DNA of 64,000 bases, taken from contig MU004187.1 in assembly GCA_010093605.1 (NCBI GenBank), positions 744,001-808,000 of the forward strand, read 5' to 3'. Position numbers and translations under genes: made by a program. Under the pieces are notes generated by a model. It was not told the DNA's origin and made no database searches. It saw only the letters and a program-made list of their open reading frames with translations. Below are positions 36,801 through 49,995 of this stretch, one piece after another; the stretch's first letter is position 1, and every line of letters starts with the position of its first letter. Source of the DNA: Lophium mytilinum. Lineage: Eukaryota.

Positions 36801-37837
36801 AGATAAGATGAGTTTACGAAATTTGATGGCTATAACGAAGCGATAGTAGCAATGAAATAGACCTACTGAAACAGCTTCTCCGCGCTCACGCAATCTTCCC
36901 AGAAATATCAAAAGGACGCTGAAGACCTTCGAAGACGAGTTTGGTTGCTGTGGTTTTACCTAACGCCAAACACACTCCATCTTCTCAGTTTCTACGGAAC
37001 TCAACTGCGTCGCTTTATCCCGCAGTCGGTTTGCCCCCTTAGATTCAACCCAATGCACAGAATGAAGAGTGTAAAGTACGTGATGAGCAACGTTCTCGAG
37101 ATTTAGCGTCTCTAGGTTGTCATCCTTGGCCTAGGTTGAGTGCTAGATAGTTTCCACGTGAGATCGGCTATTCTGTTGAGTGGAAACTGTGTGATGATCT
37201 GGACATTGATGCTCACAACTTGACTGTGGGAAAACACGCGCGGCCTGTCATCGTGTCACCGTGCGATAGGGAGGGTGAGTGGCCTCTAGCATGTTGAACC
37301 ATTGGTTTGTATGGAATCGAGCAGAGGAGACTTTAGGAAAGACTAGAACGAACCTGTCACTATCCAAGTTCCCGCTGCTGTGTATTGTTAGGAGGCCTGC
37401 ATGTTTTGAGAAAGACGTGCTGAGTGAGATGTGGGTGGATACCGGCCCGAGCGGAATACGAGTATGCTAAAGAATAGTGGACCGGCGAAGCCCGAATAGG
37501 TGGTGCCGTGATAGACTCGGCAAAAGCTGAAGTGAATCTCATGCTGTTACTGCTCGGCTTGGAGATAGAAGAAGTGCAATTGAATATGCTACGAAGTATG
37601 CAGGGCGGTGTCAGGGGTCTGTCATTCACTCGGTATAGTAGGGCCGAACAAGACGCACCAAGCACCCCTCTGGAGGGAGCGGTCAGTTATTTTGTGCAGC
37701 GCTACAGGGTAGATAGCTCAATTCGGCAAGCGCGGCTGAGTCAGTCTGCAACTCCTCTTCTCCGCCACGTCGCCCATATCTTACAGTCTTACTGCCCGAC
37801 GATAATTACAGTAACATACAACTGCATCGCGACCACC

Positions 37838-39334
37838 ATGGGCAGGCACGCCAATCCCGATATTCGTCGCGCCTTTGCCGAATTCCAGGACGAGAGCACC
37901 CCCTCCAAGGTGAATACCAACCCCCCAAGAGCCAATGCTTCCACCCGGTGCGATCGCGTCAAGATGCCACTGCAAGGCTGCGACGCGGTGCGCTTCCTAT
38001 CCGAGCTCCTGACTGATGATCGCAGTGCAACAAAGTACGATGCCTCCATTGTGGCTTCGTTCGCGCGAAGAACACGACGCGCCAGATTGAGCACTTGCAG
38101 GAGTGCCAGGCCTACCTCAGCTCCGCCGAAGCGCAGGCTCACATGAGGGAGAACCCCGAAGGCACCACCCCCATCGACCCCAGCATGCCCGACCCCAATA
38201 CGCGTGCTATTCTCAACGGCACCCATCCCAATCCAAACCTCCAAGTCCATCGTCGTGGCCCGAATTCGAAGCGCAACCGCGAAGGCCTCCCCATAATGCC
38301 GCATATGCCTCAGAACGTCGCGCCCTCGCCGCTTGTGCCGTCCTTGACAGCCCATCTCCTCACTGTCTGCGGCCCGTCCTTCCAGGCGGCGACACAGACG
38401 CCTTTCCTCTCGCACGCTGGCTGTGGCACGCTCGCTGCTGCTCCACTGTCGCAGTGGCTGGTCCAGGACGGACACTATGCGCGTGGATACATCCGCTTCA
38501 TCGGGCAGCTGCTGGCCAAGATTCGTCTCCCCCAGACCACCAATTCGCAGTTCCACATCTCGTATCGGACCATGGACTTGCTGATATCGGCCCTGAACAA
38601 CATTCGTCGCGAGATCACCTTCTTTGAGATCAATGTGACCAAGTACGGCCTGGCACTCAACAACGATCCACCGAGCCCCATCACTCGTGCCTATCTTGAT
38701 CTGTTCTTGAGCGCGAGCAGCTCCAGTGCATCTATGCTGGAGGGTATGGTGGTTCTGTGGGGCACTGAGCATGTAAGTATTCTATTCCTTCCAAAGGAAT
38801 CTGTCCAGAGCGCCTCCAGCATGTTAAAAGTCACTTTAATATAATACGCATTCACTAATACCTCTGCAGTGCTACCGTTCCGCGTGGACCTATGCTGCCA
38901 CTTTCAGCGGTACCCTTTCCACCCCTTCCACTGATGCCCACATCGTTGCCCTCCACCAATCTCTCATCCCCAACTGGACCTCTCCAGCTTTCTCCAAGTT
39001 CGTCGACGCCACGCGTGCCCTTGTGGACGAGCTCGCCAACACAACCACCTCTCCTAATGGAAAAGAGGAGATGCTGCGTTGCGAGGAGGTCTTCCGCCAG
39101 ATCTGTTGGCTCGAGGAGCGCTTCTGGCCCGATGTCGACGGTATGGGTCAAGAGGACGAGAGTGCTCGCTTGGCCTCAGGTGGAGGCCTGGGCAGCTTGA
39201 GTGGAAACGGCCTGAGCGGTAGTGTTGGACCCCTTGGTGCCGGGATTGGCGGCCAGAGTGACACTGAGACTCCTGGCGCCAATGGCCAGGTCGCATTCAG
39301 TGGCCTGAATGGCATCGAGAACCAGGAGGCATAG
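37838..39334 (+). CDS. TenA/THI-4/PQQC (heme-oxygenase-like) domain protein with an N-terminal CxxC...H...C zinc-finger-like domain, 3 exons
   Basis: MGRHANPDIRRAF...PSK|CNKVRCLHCGFVRAKNTTRQIEHLQEC after intron 37910-38025; ATQTPFL, WLVQDGHY, NIRREITFF, LWGTEH|CY..AW, IPNWTSP.F, LEERFWP. Confidence 0.85.
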
Positions 39335-39519
39335 TAAGTTTCGTATCGACGGTTGTACGCAAAATCATTATTCTGGGTCACAAATACTAATCTCGTTTCC
39401 TTTTTCGAAGTCCAGAAGTCGTGGAACATTGGTTGGAGAAGTTTCTTCCGTCTATGTTAGAGCTCCTTAAGCCAAAGAAGGCTCCAGTAATCATCACCAC
39501 AACTGAAGCAGTCTTTGTT

Positions 39520-39742
39520 GGTAAAGGACAAGCTTCTTCTGTTTTTGGAAAAGGACAAGCTTCTTCTGCTTTTGGAAAAGAACAAGCTTCTCTTGGTTTT
39601 GGCAAAGGACATCCTTCTCCTGGTCTTGGTAACGGACATGCTTCTCTTGGTCTCAGTCCAGGAGAAGCTTCTCTTGCTCTTGCTGAACGACATGATTCCC
39701 TTGATCTTGGTCTAGGACAAGCTTCTGTTGTTAAAGGACAAG
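39520..39742. repeat. ~21-bp minisatellite (aaggacaagcttct... units, about 10 degenerate copies)
   Basis: aaggacaagcttcttctgtttttgga, aaggacaagcttcttctgct, aagaacaagcttctctt, aaggacatccttctcct, acggacatgcttctctt and further units. Confidence 0.85.
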
Positions 39743-39830
39743 AGGTTTAGGGCTTTGGACCCGCCTTCACTCTTCTCATTTCTCCTTCAAGGGTTTTGGA
39801 GGAGTTATTGGGTGGCTTCTTTACTGTTCT

Positions 39831-39932
39831 AGGTGTATTGGGTCCAAGGTTGGGAGAGTGTTATTAGGTGTATTGGGTCCACGGTTGGGAAAGTCACTAG
39901 GTGTATTGGGTTTCGAGGTTGGGAGAGTGATA
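39831..39932. repeat. Three tandem copies of a ~33-35-bp unit
   Basis: aggtgtattgggtccaaggttgggagagtg / aggtgtattgggtccacggttgggaaagtc / aggtgtattgggtttcgaggttgggagagtg. Confidence 0.85.
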
Positions 39933-41638
39933 CCACATCCTGTGATGCGTCTCGGGCTTTCTCTTCACACCTGTTTTACCGATACCTGTCCTTTTCCTTC
40001 TACTCTCACGGCGGTGTCATGACGGTGTACACATGTACATACGTAGGTTCTAATGCCCTATCGGTCTGTGACTGATTGGGGACAAAATACCTTTCATCTT
40101 CGATTTTTGGTTCCTAGTGTCTGATGTCGTGAACCCTCTTTCACTTCTACCTTTCTGTACTCGTGAATTCTATCGCGCTTCTTGGTTGTGAGGCTTCAGT
40201 CATTGGTTTACTTTGACACTATGCCACGAGATTCCCAATTGCTTACAATGAATTAGGCCCCGTGCTCGAAAAAGAATTCTTCGGTCACTCTTTGCTTTCT
40301 AATTTCGCCCACTATTCACTTGATCGCTCTCCGAGGATTGCGAAACTCCATATACTCATCGGCAGAATCCTACTCGCCTGACAGCCTATGGGGGCGGCAC
40401 CTTGTGCGTTGATAAACAATCGAACATCTCGCGGAGCATTGATTCCCATAACCCGCCGTGGATCCACTCACTCTCCCATTCCGAATTGCAACCAGGGGAT
40501 TTTTTGTTCGTGAATGTTAGTATGAAGGTGTAAAGAGACTGCGTTGCTATTGCCTGTCGGTGTGGGACTCTCCTCTTACTATGGCTAGAGACGCACGAGA
40601 CGGCTCGTAGAACTGCATGTAGGACTCGGACATCGACGACAATTATTCCTGGGATACCGACAAAGCGAACCGGCGGTCCGGCGGGCTGGAGACGGATTTC
40701 AGCAGTCGCTGGCGTTGGAGTATATATGGGAGGGCCTGGTGGGATGGAAGAGGGGGAAGATGGAGGTGGAGTAGGAGTGGGTGTGGTGTAGTGTGATTGG
40801 CGGATTTGATCAGCTGGGGAAGAACGGTTGTAGAGGAGAGGAGGGTTGAGATGCAGGCAGTACGTCTGCTTAGTACGTCTGCTTAGAGATGGTGGTGTTG
40901 GAGGAGAAGATACGCTCAGCTTATGATTTACAGAGTCGAAAATGAGACACTTTGGATATTCCAATAGATGGGTCATGGTAATTTGGCTTCTGGCATTTGG
41001 GGTGGGCTGGAGGATGGAAGAGGTTGGAGGGGGGGCAACGAGGGAGGAGTTCGTAGGCAAAGAGGAGCAGGGCGGTGCTGCAGGCAAGGTAGACTTGCCG
41101 AGCGTCTGCGGTCTATGATACGGAATGTTTGGACGGGTTGATAGTACTACTATGTGACAGGTGGAGTGGGTTGTAAGAAGAAGGGTGGCTTTGGGGAGAT
41201 CGCCACGTCACGGCTCGACGATTTAGTTGCTAGGCAATGATTGAGTCATAAGTGATAGTCGATGATGCGACTTGGCGATGAACGTGATCGTTTAACGTTC
41301 CACGAGGAATGCGGACAGGTACCTCTAGGTGTGTCCTTGAACTCTCTTTTGACCTCGACTGGAGCTTAGAGGGCAGAATCAAGTGATTATGGAATCGCAG
41401 CTAGCGGATGAGGAGGATGATAGATAAGGGTATGGACACCATGAGCATTGATACCTTTAAATTCACTTTTAAGCGAGGTGTTTCTTGGACCTTGAGTCAG
41501 TGCACAATAAGCACGTGACTCACTATGATCACGTGGTAGGCTTATTGGATAAGGGAATGTCAAAGATGCTTCTGTTTAGGTCGAAGTCGGGAAGTGAAGT
41601 GGATTGTAAGGGTCCGATCGTAGGACGCCCTAGAATTC

Positions 41639-44600
41639 TTAGACAAGTGTTGAAAAGAGGCAGTTGCACCTAAGAATCGAATAGGCATCAGGGGTTCTCT
41701 TCAAGGGCGGGTTTTCACACCTATTCGGATAGCTTCTGGGTATAGCTGAGAATTCTCCCTTGCCGATTATTGATAATGTATCATTGAAGGGCTTGGCCAT
41801 TCTAGTGGCTGCAACGCTGGCATCAGATTGGATTGGATTTCCTTTTTCTTTTGCCTTCTTCGAAGTGTGGATTCTGCGTTCAATTGCTGGGATAGCGAGC
41901 ATTTCTTTGACCCTTTCCTGCCATTTTTCAACGTTTGATGCCTTCCAATTGAATCTGGGCCAGTTTCCGAGACTCATGAGCACTTTTACGTCTTTTCTGG
42001 CTCGGATTGCGCCAAACCGCCGCCATGACCTCTTGAAAAGCTAATTTTGATAAGGTATGCCCCATCAAGTTTCATTGTAAGACTCGAAGGCGATGCCTCG
42101 TCCTCGAAGTGTGATTTGAGGGCCTGGTCATGAAAAGTGACATAAATAACGTCTCGGACAGCAGCGCTCATGGGCCTACTCAGCAATTAGACGCTTATGA
42201 GATGCCTGTTTCTGGGAGGAGGATGATACACGTAAAGAGCGTAAAAAAGAGGAGAAATAGGTATCGCAGCTTGCAGTAGGTTCCCATATTTGCGAAGTGA
42301 GCTTGAAAATGTGATTTCGTGACATGACCTGAAAGAAAGTCAGAACACCACGGTCTGTGCACATCTTATTCTTTTTGAAGGAACTTAGTGAACAGTAGAG
42401 CTTCAAACGTTGCTCTATTATAAAATGATGGCGTGATCACCCGATAGAGAGCAATGCCGTTTGCTTGCAAGATTCACTGGGGTTTATCTCCACTGGGCGG
42501 CTTCTACTCGTAAGCTGTGGCCAGTGCTTCCACCCCTCAACGCTATTGACCAGGGTCGGTACACCGGATTGAGCACTATGAGGATTACTTAATGAACTTG
42601 CGAAGACTAATATAAATAAGAGACGGAACATTCGGTTGGCCAAGCTTCAAGTTCTGGATATGGGCACCCTTTGTGTCGATAATATACACAGAGTGTGGAA
42701 ATGCTTCAGACCATTCCCATAGCCGTGTGCGTGACTGTCGTGGTATGAAGTGTTGATGCTTAATGCCCTGATCTTGCAAGTGATTATGACAAAAAGAGTT
42801 GACTCCTGAATGCCAGTATGCCAGACACCTCTCCCTGATCACACGAGGCCTAGGGCGTATTGTTCCGTGTTGAACAATCGGAGCCGCGAATTCAACCACA
42901 GTACCTTCAGTTCCGAGTCTTAAGCCGCTGACACAGTGAAAGAGCTCTGTTGACTCGCTGTCTCCCTGACATGGCCCATTCTGACGAATTTGCAAGCTTT
43001 TTCATTCATAGTGAACGTCACTCAATCATACAGCCGTCATGTCTTAGATCAAGTCCACTTGAAAAGTACTAGGTTGACAGTGAGTCTTCTAGCTCAAGAC
43101 AGCAGAACCATAGTGCACTACTTCAGTTCTGAGCTCAATAAATGAGCCGCAAAGGAAATTGGTAGAAGCACTTGCTTTGAAGAGATCTTGCAGGTGGAGA
43201 TCTAGCTTGAAAGCATTCTGTCATCGAGTTAGAATGCCTTAGGACGGCGGATTTTACGTGCTTTAGCTGTGTGGGCTCTTGAGACTTCGCTTGAGGGTCT
43301 CCTCAAGCCGGAGTCTTTAACATGCCGTGGGAAGACGCAGGGAAGGGGTCCCTAGCTAGGTGCGTTGCTAATGTCCAACGGTTCTTCGAGTCCTTTTGAT
43401 GGAAACGGACTAGATGGTCTAGGAGACTACTCAGTCCTATGGAGTGGACGATACGGGTTTGCTGATGGAGTATGTTGCTTGTGGTAAGGTTGCTCAGGGG
43501 GGGATCTTGGAAGCTGGGTTCCGGAGGTCGATTCAGGGGGACACCTACCGTAATCGATCAACGAGAGAACACTTTTCGGAATTACTGCTAACCTTTGTCC
43601 ATTCTTTCATGGGCCAGAGTCGTATTACAACGGTCGTCGAGATGTATCACTTTCATCTCGTCACTCGCTGAGCTTTGGACCCTATCCTCTACCCAGTCTT
43701 CCACAGCGTCAAAGTTGATCGAGGTGGTCTCGAAACTTCATTTCGGAAAAGTTGCATCACAGCGGGTGATCTGGTCCTGGAGGGGAAGGGAGTCCTCTCC
43801 TCATCCGGATGTCTAGCCGTCAAACCAGCGGATGTATCCCATTACAACCCTGAATGTCGCAAGGATAATGGCGGCCGCAAGCGTGGATACTCCAGACGAA
43901 GACGAACCGGCCCAATCGGTGATACAGCTTACCTGGAGAAAAACAAGAGAGCGATCCCAGGAAAGTATGCTCGTTCGGCTGCCTTGCGGACATCATATAA
44001 TCATAATAAAGTGGAGGAAACGTACTAGGTGGACGTGCACTAGCGAATCTACGAGTACGCGTTGCTCAGGGGTACGCATGAGAAATACAGGGCTCTCTAC
44101 TGCTAAAGCAGGGACTATTTGTAGTTTCTTTGAGTATCGGTGGCATACTAGCTACCCCGCGATCTCTTTCCATCCAAAATGCCAATGGACGCCGGGTCAC
44201 CTCTACCCAAAACCTCTGTCTGTTAGGTACAGATGTAAGGGAGCTCTGGGCCGAATGGTGATCAAGATGGCCTGGACACAGTTCCCAACCGATATTTTTA
44301 ATCTCGAAATCTTGCTAAGGTTTCTGGATCTTAGGGTTAGCCTTGTTGCGTTGCAAGTGAATTGGTGAACTAGACTCGGATCTTGAGTCGTATTTGATGT
44401 AACCTTGGCATCCCCACATCGCACTCACAAATGCCAATATTCGGGGGTTCTGTTCCTGTTCCCCCTCATTTCGTCTGAAAGGTTTTGGTCCAATAGTCGA
44501 AAAACGATTCAGCCCACTCGGCTGTCGAGAAGTATGAAGGCCGGCAGAATTTTCCCTTACGTGTTATCAATCGTGGCAGGCATACGGTTACCCCTCTTTG

Positions 44601-45400
44601 TCCTCTTTCCCATTTTCCGTTCGCTTTCGTATATCCGTTCTCGTTCTCTTTCACACGTCCGTTCTCTTTCTCATTTTTTCTCTTCCTGTTCCAGAGTGAC
44701 AACTGTTTCTTTTCTTGTTTCCGTTTCCTCCTTTCTTTCGTTTGAACGATCCGTCTCTCGAGAGCCAATCTTGGGTGGACAGTAGTCATTGGAAACCGAA
44801 CCTTCCAGTGACACAAAGGATTCAGTCAATGAGCTGACTCTCTTTGAGTGTTGTTTCGATTACCTTGGAAGAGCTTGCCATACAAAAGTCCATCGGAAAG
44901 AGTCCGCGAACATCTGCACTGGGCCGTATGTGGTCTCCTGAAGACCTTGTCTACCTTGTCAAATTGGCTCCGCCATAGTTGTCTCGACTTGGCCCCTGAA
45001 CATACCTAGTGTAGCACCATAGAAGTACGGTATCGGTAGCCGAACTGTGGCAACTCTGTTACAAAACGGGTGTCGAGAGCCTTGAATTTGCGAGTTTCCG
45101 TTTCGGAAGGAGGGTGGGTTATCGTCCACGTGTTCACTATCACGTGACTTGTCTGATACGAATTGGTAAGAAACGCGACATCCGAATTCCTGCCTTTGTC
45201 TCACGAAAAGGTGTTCCAAAGTCTTGCGGAGTGCCTTCCATGATGCTACCATCCAGTCTAACAAGGCCGACTGCCAGCGTGGGAAGGTTTGTGTCTTTGG
45301 TAATAATGCAACGTTGTTGAAACTCTCCTACCGGCGCGCAGGAGCGCTCTGGGACCAGCATGTGTAAGAAGACTTTCTTGCAATTATGGGCATAATGAAC
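41639..45400 (-). pseudogene. Probable decayed multi-kb gene of unknown family
   Basis: Protein-like fragments on the minus strand (NERKEETETRKETVVTLEQEE coiled coil; an S/P-rich run at 43100-43830; NWPRFNWKASNVEKWQERVKEML) interrupted by many stops. No recognisable domain. Confidence 0.3.
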
Positions 45401-48030
45401 AGTTGAGTGATCTTCTTCAGTGTTCGCGCTTGACGAAGAAATGTGGTGATGAGGTGCTCAGGGGTTCCGACCCTGGAGGAGGAAAAGGGGCTTGGACATT
45501 GATGGACTCGGGGTCTCACCGTGAACGCAATGGCAGAAACCTCTCACATCTATCAGTATAGTACTGACGCCGAGTGGTGGTGGTGTTGCGGGCTGGTGGT
45601 GTTGTGACTAGGTGATGTTGTGGAGTTTGTAGAAGACCGGGGGAAGTGGGCCGGAGAAGAGGCCAGCCCGATGGCGGAACCTTGGCATTGTCGCAATTCT
45701 GGGCGCATCTTGCTGGAACTACTCCAGAAGGAGACGGATTGTCTCGGTGGCTTTCTAAGAAGAAGAGAATATGGGAAAAGAGGAGGCATTTTCCAAGAAT
45801 CGCACACTGAGTGGAACACCTGGTCGGGCGATGGGAAGCCGCCACCATCACCGCAAGAAACGAGGATAGAGCGACCCGCGCAGCACCTGCCTGACGGAGG
45901 ATACAGGATATGCGCAAGCCTGTCGAGCGCTCCCATAGAAGTCTAAGGACGGTCTCCAGCGTCGTCGCCGCCTCAACGAGAAACGCGACTTGAAAGCGCG
46001 ACAGCTCCGTGGAGAGGGTTGGGAGGAGGTCCTTCGCTGTGTGGTATCAGCTTGAGTAGTGGGCGCCGTACAGCACTTACTAGGATTTTTGGAGCGCATT
46101 CTATGGTTTGGCGAAGGAAGGGAAAAGGGCGAAGCGCAAACCCACATTGGTCGTCAGCCAAGCTGCCCAGGTGGTAAACACCGCCCCCCCCCCTCAACCC
46201 ATACCCCCTGCTGCATACGCGCACGCCTGTGTGATCTAGCGCATGAAACCCTCCCATGGTTCTGGACATAGGGTTGCGACAGTAGATTCACTGTGCTGGA
46301 AGCGCTGCGCAACCTTGCTCAGCCTCTCTCCTGATTGTTTACGACGCCGAAAGGCATCGCAGGTGAGGGGCCTCACCGACGAATCATCGACACGAATGAC
46401 GCTCGTTTACCCGCCACATCCGCTCTCCGAATATAACATGCCTCCCAGTTCATGGCAATATCCCAAGCACTCCCCACGGCACAGCCATAATTGCCGTTTC
46501 CCCATCCAAGATATTATCGATGCCTTTTCAATAATCATCTCCAATACTTATCAACACCTCAACAAGAGAGCTCACACGCGATATCACAGCTTCTGCGCTT
46601 TAAATTAAGCTATTTGAAGAGAAGGACTCGAGGACTATCTCCCTTGATAACTTAACAGAGATCGAGCGCCTTACCGCCTACTCCTAATTATTACAGCTGA
46701 ATTGGAGATAAAGCTATCTCTTGCGCAGCTTTGAAGCATCTCCTGTCACCTGCAGTTGAGATGAACTGTCTGGTGATAAGCTTAATGGTGGTGCTGTCGC
46801 AGACGACTAGTACGGTGAAGTCGGGCGCCGATTGCTGAATCTAATGCGGGAGTGTATGTGAGATTGAGACTCCGGTGCGAAGTGGTTGTGCAGCTTTTAA
46901 GCACAATTTCTGACAAGAAAGAGCGCATTAAGCAATAAACCCATTGCATTCAATCAGGCCGTGTAGGATCGTAGCCTAGGCGGCCGAATCGTGATCCCCT
47001 GCGAACCTAGATTGAGACTAGTCTCCCGAGGAAGACGGTATTATACTTATACCTGAAGCCAGCAAGACTACGATGTCAATATTTCCACTACAGGCTCACC
47101 TGAGCTGGTTCTAGCATTTATTAAGACGGAAGGATGACGCTGTGAGCCCGATGCCCTTGTTTTAGATGGCTCGTCGCCGGTTTGCCCAATGTCACAAGGC
47201 TTCGAATCCGTGTCATCAAGCGATGCTAGGACAGGCAGAGGCATTTTCAGCAGCTTGTAGTCTGTGACGCGCAAGAAGACCTGTGCCTATACGTGCGATA
47301 GGTTTCGCAAACGAAGTGATGTCTTCTAATCGTGGCTTGACAAATATGAGATACTGTACATATAACATGAAGTACGTGTTCTCGTCGGATTGAAATACTT
47401 ACGCAGGATCTGATGCAGAGTTTACCCAGCTCCCGTTCTGGAATAGTCTTTCTTCGTCCTGTAGATTTTTGGTAGTATCCTGACGATCGTTTCGAGATAA
47501 TGTTGTGCTTCATGGCCGGGTGCACCTAGGCAGCAGGCTCCAGTCTTAGCTCCTTCTCTTCAACATTACAACAGACTGGGTGGTGCAATGTGTGTCCACT
47601 GCCGTGAAGTGATGGCAGACTGCATCTTTATGCGCGGGAAACCTGGCGGAAATACCTCCCTCTATTTCTAAGACGGAAAGTTGGCCCTCGCCCTCGGCAT
47701 TTGTCTCGTTTTCGTACATGTAGAGCTATCCTGTATTTATATTCAATTAACCATGCCACGGTGAACTCCACCAGCTCACAAGACTCTACACTATACATTT
47801 AGCTGCAGCCCTTCCATTGGCGGGACTGATAATCGCAGTGAGCCGTAATAAAGTTGACGGGAAGGCCCGTGCACCCGAATGTTTACTTTCAAGACATCAC
47901 TGGGAGCCTGTCTTTAAACTTAGCACTCCAGCAAGTCAGTCCAACACACAACCCAACCTCTATAACACCACCTGGTCCCATAATCTTCCCGTTTGACACA
48001 AGCGAACCATCGTCCCGCCGGTTACACACC

Positions 48031-48878
48031 ATGAACCGATCGTATAGAAAGTACAGGTGTCTAGTACTTGTGGAGGATCACACTGGCAGGCATGTCCGCT
48101 CGGAAACGGTACGTTGTTATGCCCTGATATTTATTAGGTACTCTAGAGTGTCTCACTAAATCAAGATGTATACAGGGCCAAATTCGAGCATACACCGAAC
48201 CTCGTCCACTTCACTCGAAGGAGTATGAAGACGCTGTACTCCGGCCTGTCCCTCCCTTTACCTCCAAGCCTACAAATTGCCTAGAACCTGCAATCAACTC
48301 CCAAACCAACCACGACGCGCACGCTTCCAATGGTGTCCTTCATGAAAGACCAACGACCACGGGAATTACCAATCGACGCACACTTCCTCGTACTACAACT
48401 CCCGGAGTTACAGGATTTGCAGAGCCAACTAGCAATCCCCCAAACAATCCTCGCAATGTTACGCCTCATGACGGCCTCAGCCTGACTTCGCCTGCAAACG
48501 TGAACCCATCGAGGGCTGAACAACCCAACACTATGACTACGGGGTCGAGAGGAGGAATTGAGGGACCCATTCAAAAACATAGATGGGGAACAAACAGTTG
48601 AGGCGATTGAGTATTGGGCTTATTGGCCTCGTGCCTTCTTTCCAATGCTACCCTACGTCAATTTGTCCGCGGAAGGTCAAATTCTGTACTACATCGGTGC
48701 TAGTTCTACAGAAGATCATGACCTACACTCGTCCACTCCTCTGGTTTCAACTGCATCAGTTACTGAACAGGGCATTTCGACCCCTTCCACCACCCCAGAG
48801 CTCGCTCCCGAGCCGATGTCTGACGCCGAATTCTTTCAAGGACTCCGTGACGCCGTGTACGGTCATTCGCAATACTAG
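48031..48878 (+). pseudogene. EYWxYWP-domain gene copy A (domain in ORF 48558..48878; upstream part apparently out of frame)
   Basis: DPFKNIDGEQTVEAIEYWAYWPRAFFPMLPYVNLSAEGQILYYIGASSTE aligns with 49996..50784. A putative exon 1 (MNRSYRKY..., GTACGT donor) and a long upstream open frame are in a different frame, with TGA at 48534. Confidence 0.45.
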
Positions 48879-49995
48879 GGACCGAAGCAAGTTTGGCGGA
48901 AACGGGGTTTCATTCAAAGCAGGTTGTGGGAATGAAACTTTCCTAATAGATCAGTTCCCTAAATACTTCCATATGCAATCACAAGTCCAAACCCTTCAAC
49001 GTGATCATAAAGATATCTTGACACGTCGTGGCACTGATGGATTATAAAAGTCCAGTCCTTATGGCGTTTAGGTAGTATGGTCTCACCGGGGTGGGGTTGT
49101 GCCACTGAGCACCATCCTCTTACTGCCAACATTTAGAAGGATCAGGTTCTACTTGTTCTCTCCCATTACTGCGTTGTACACTGTGAGAGACTTGCGTGGA
49201 TATAGTAGTACAAGACAGTAGTTCTCCTCTCCGTGCATGTTAGATTCAGATTAAGACGATGCAGTAGTAGGTATCTACCGTGCGTGTACTGCTCGCCTGT
49301 TTAAGAACCAAATTGTAGAGAATGAGGCCTTTTGCTATGCCCGTGAAACATGAGTAACGTATTTACTGGAACATGCTTCATTCGTCCTGCCACAAACAGA
49401 GTTTCCTGGAACTAGATCCGTTTGCCTGCCGATTCTTCTCAAGATACCAAAGATCACAAGGACAGGCTATAAGTCTTGCACATCCGTTCACCGCCGTTTG
49501 GGGTGGCCCCAGGTGTTCCGACAGTCTAGGCGCGACGTCAAGTCTCAAGCATTGCAAATTAGAGTGCTTCTTGACTCCTTGGCTGCTGATTAGCCGGGCT
49601 ACTCCTGTCATTGGTGTCCAGTGAGCAATATTGGAGCCAAGCAGAGACAGATCCGAGTGCCCAGACTTATGGCCCAATATTGTAAGGATATTGCCTTTTA
49701 ACACATCGTAACTAAATGCCTGCATGAGAAACTAAATGCCTCGGAACTTCAAGGTAGTGAATCATTGGGGACCACACAAAGGTGAAGTTTGCCCCGACGT
49801 CATTAGCGAATGAGTTGTTTCTATTCACTCACGTCTCGTAAAGCGAAGCCGATGACTAAGAGGCGTCACAGACGTAGAAATATAAGGAAAGCTTCCACAC
49901 CTCCATTTCTCGAACACCAGCGCGCCCACCCGACCTTTCTCCTCCCCGCCTGTTGTTAGTACACTTACCAACGCGATCCCAACACATCCGTACCA

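Noticed and set aside
37789..38772. 327-aa minus-strand ORF
   Set aside because: Antisense to the TenA-domain gene.
39520..39932. Possible CRISPR-like array
   Set aside because: Units are contiguous and degenerate with no unique spacers; eukaryotic context; no cas genes.
40386..41087. 233-aa Pro-rich minus-strand ORF
   Set aside because: TTG start, low complexity and no recognisable motif; may hide a small spliced gene but I cannot support one.
45500..47600. Possible transposon remnant
   Set aside because: No RT, integrase or transposase motifs, LTRs or terminal inverted repeats found by eye.
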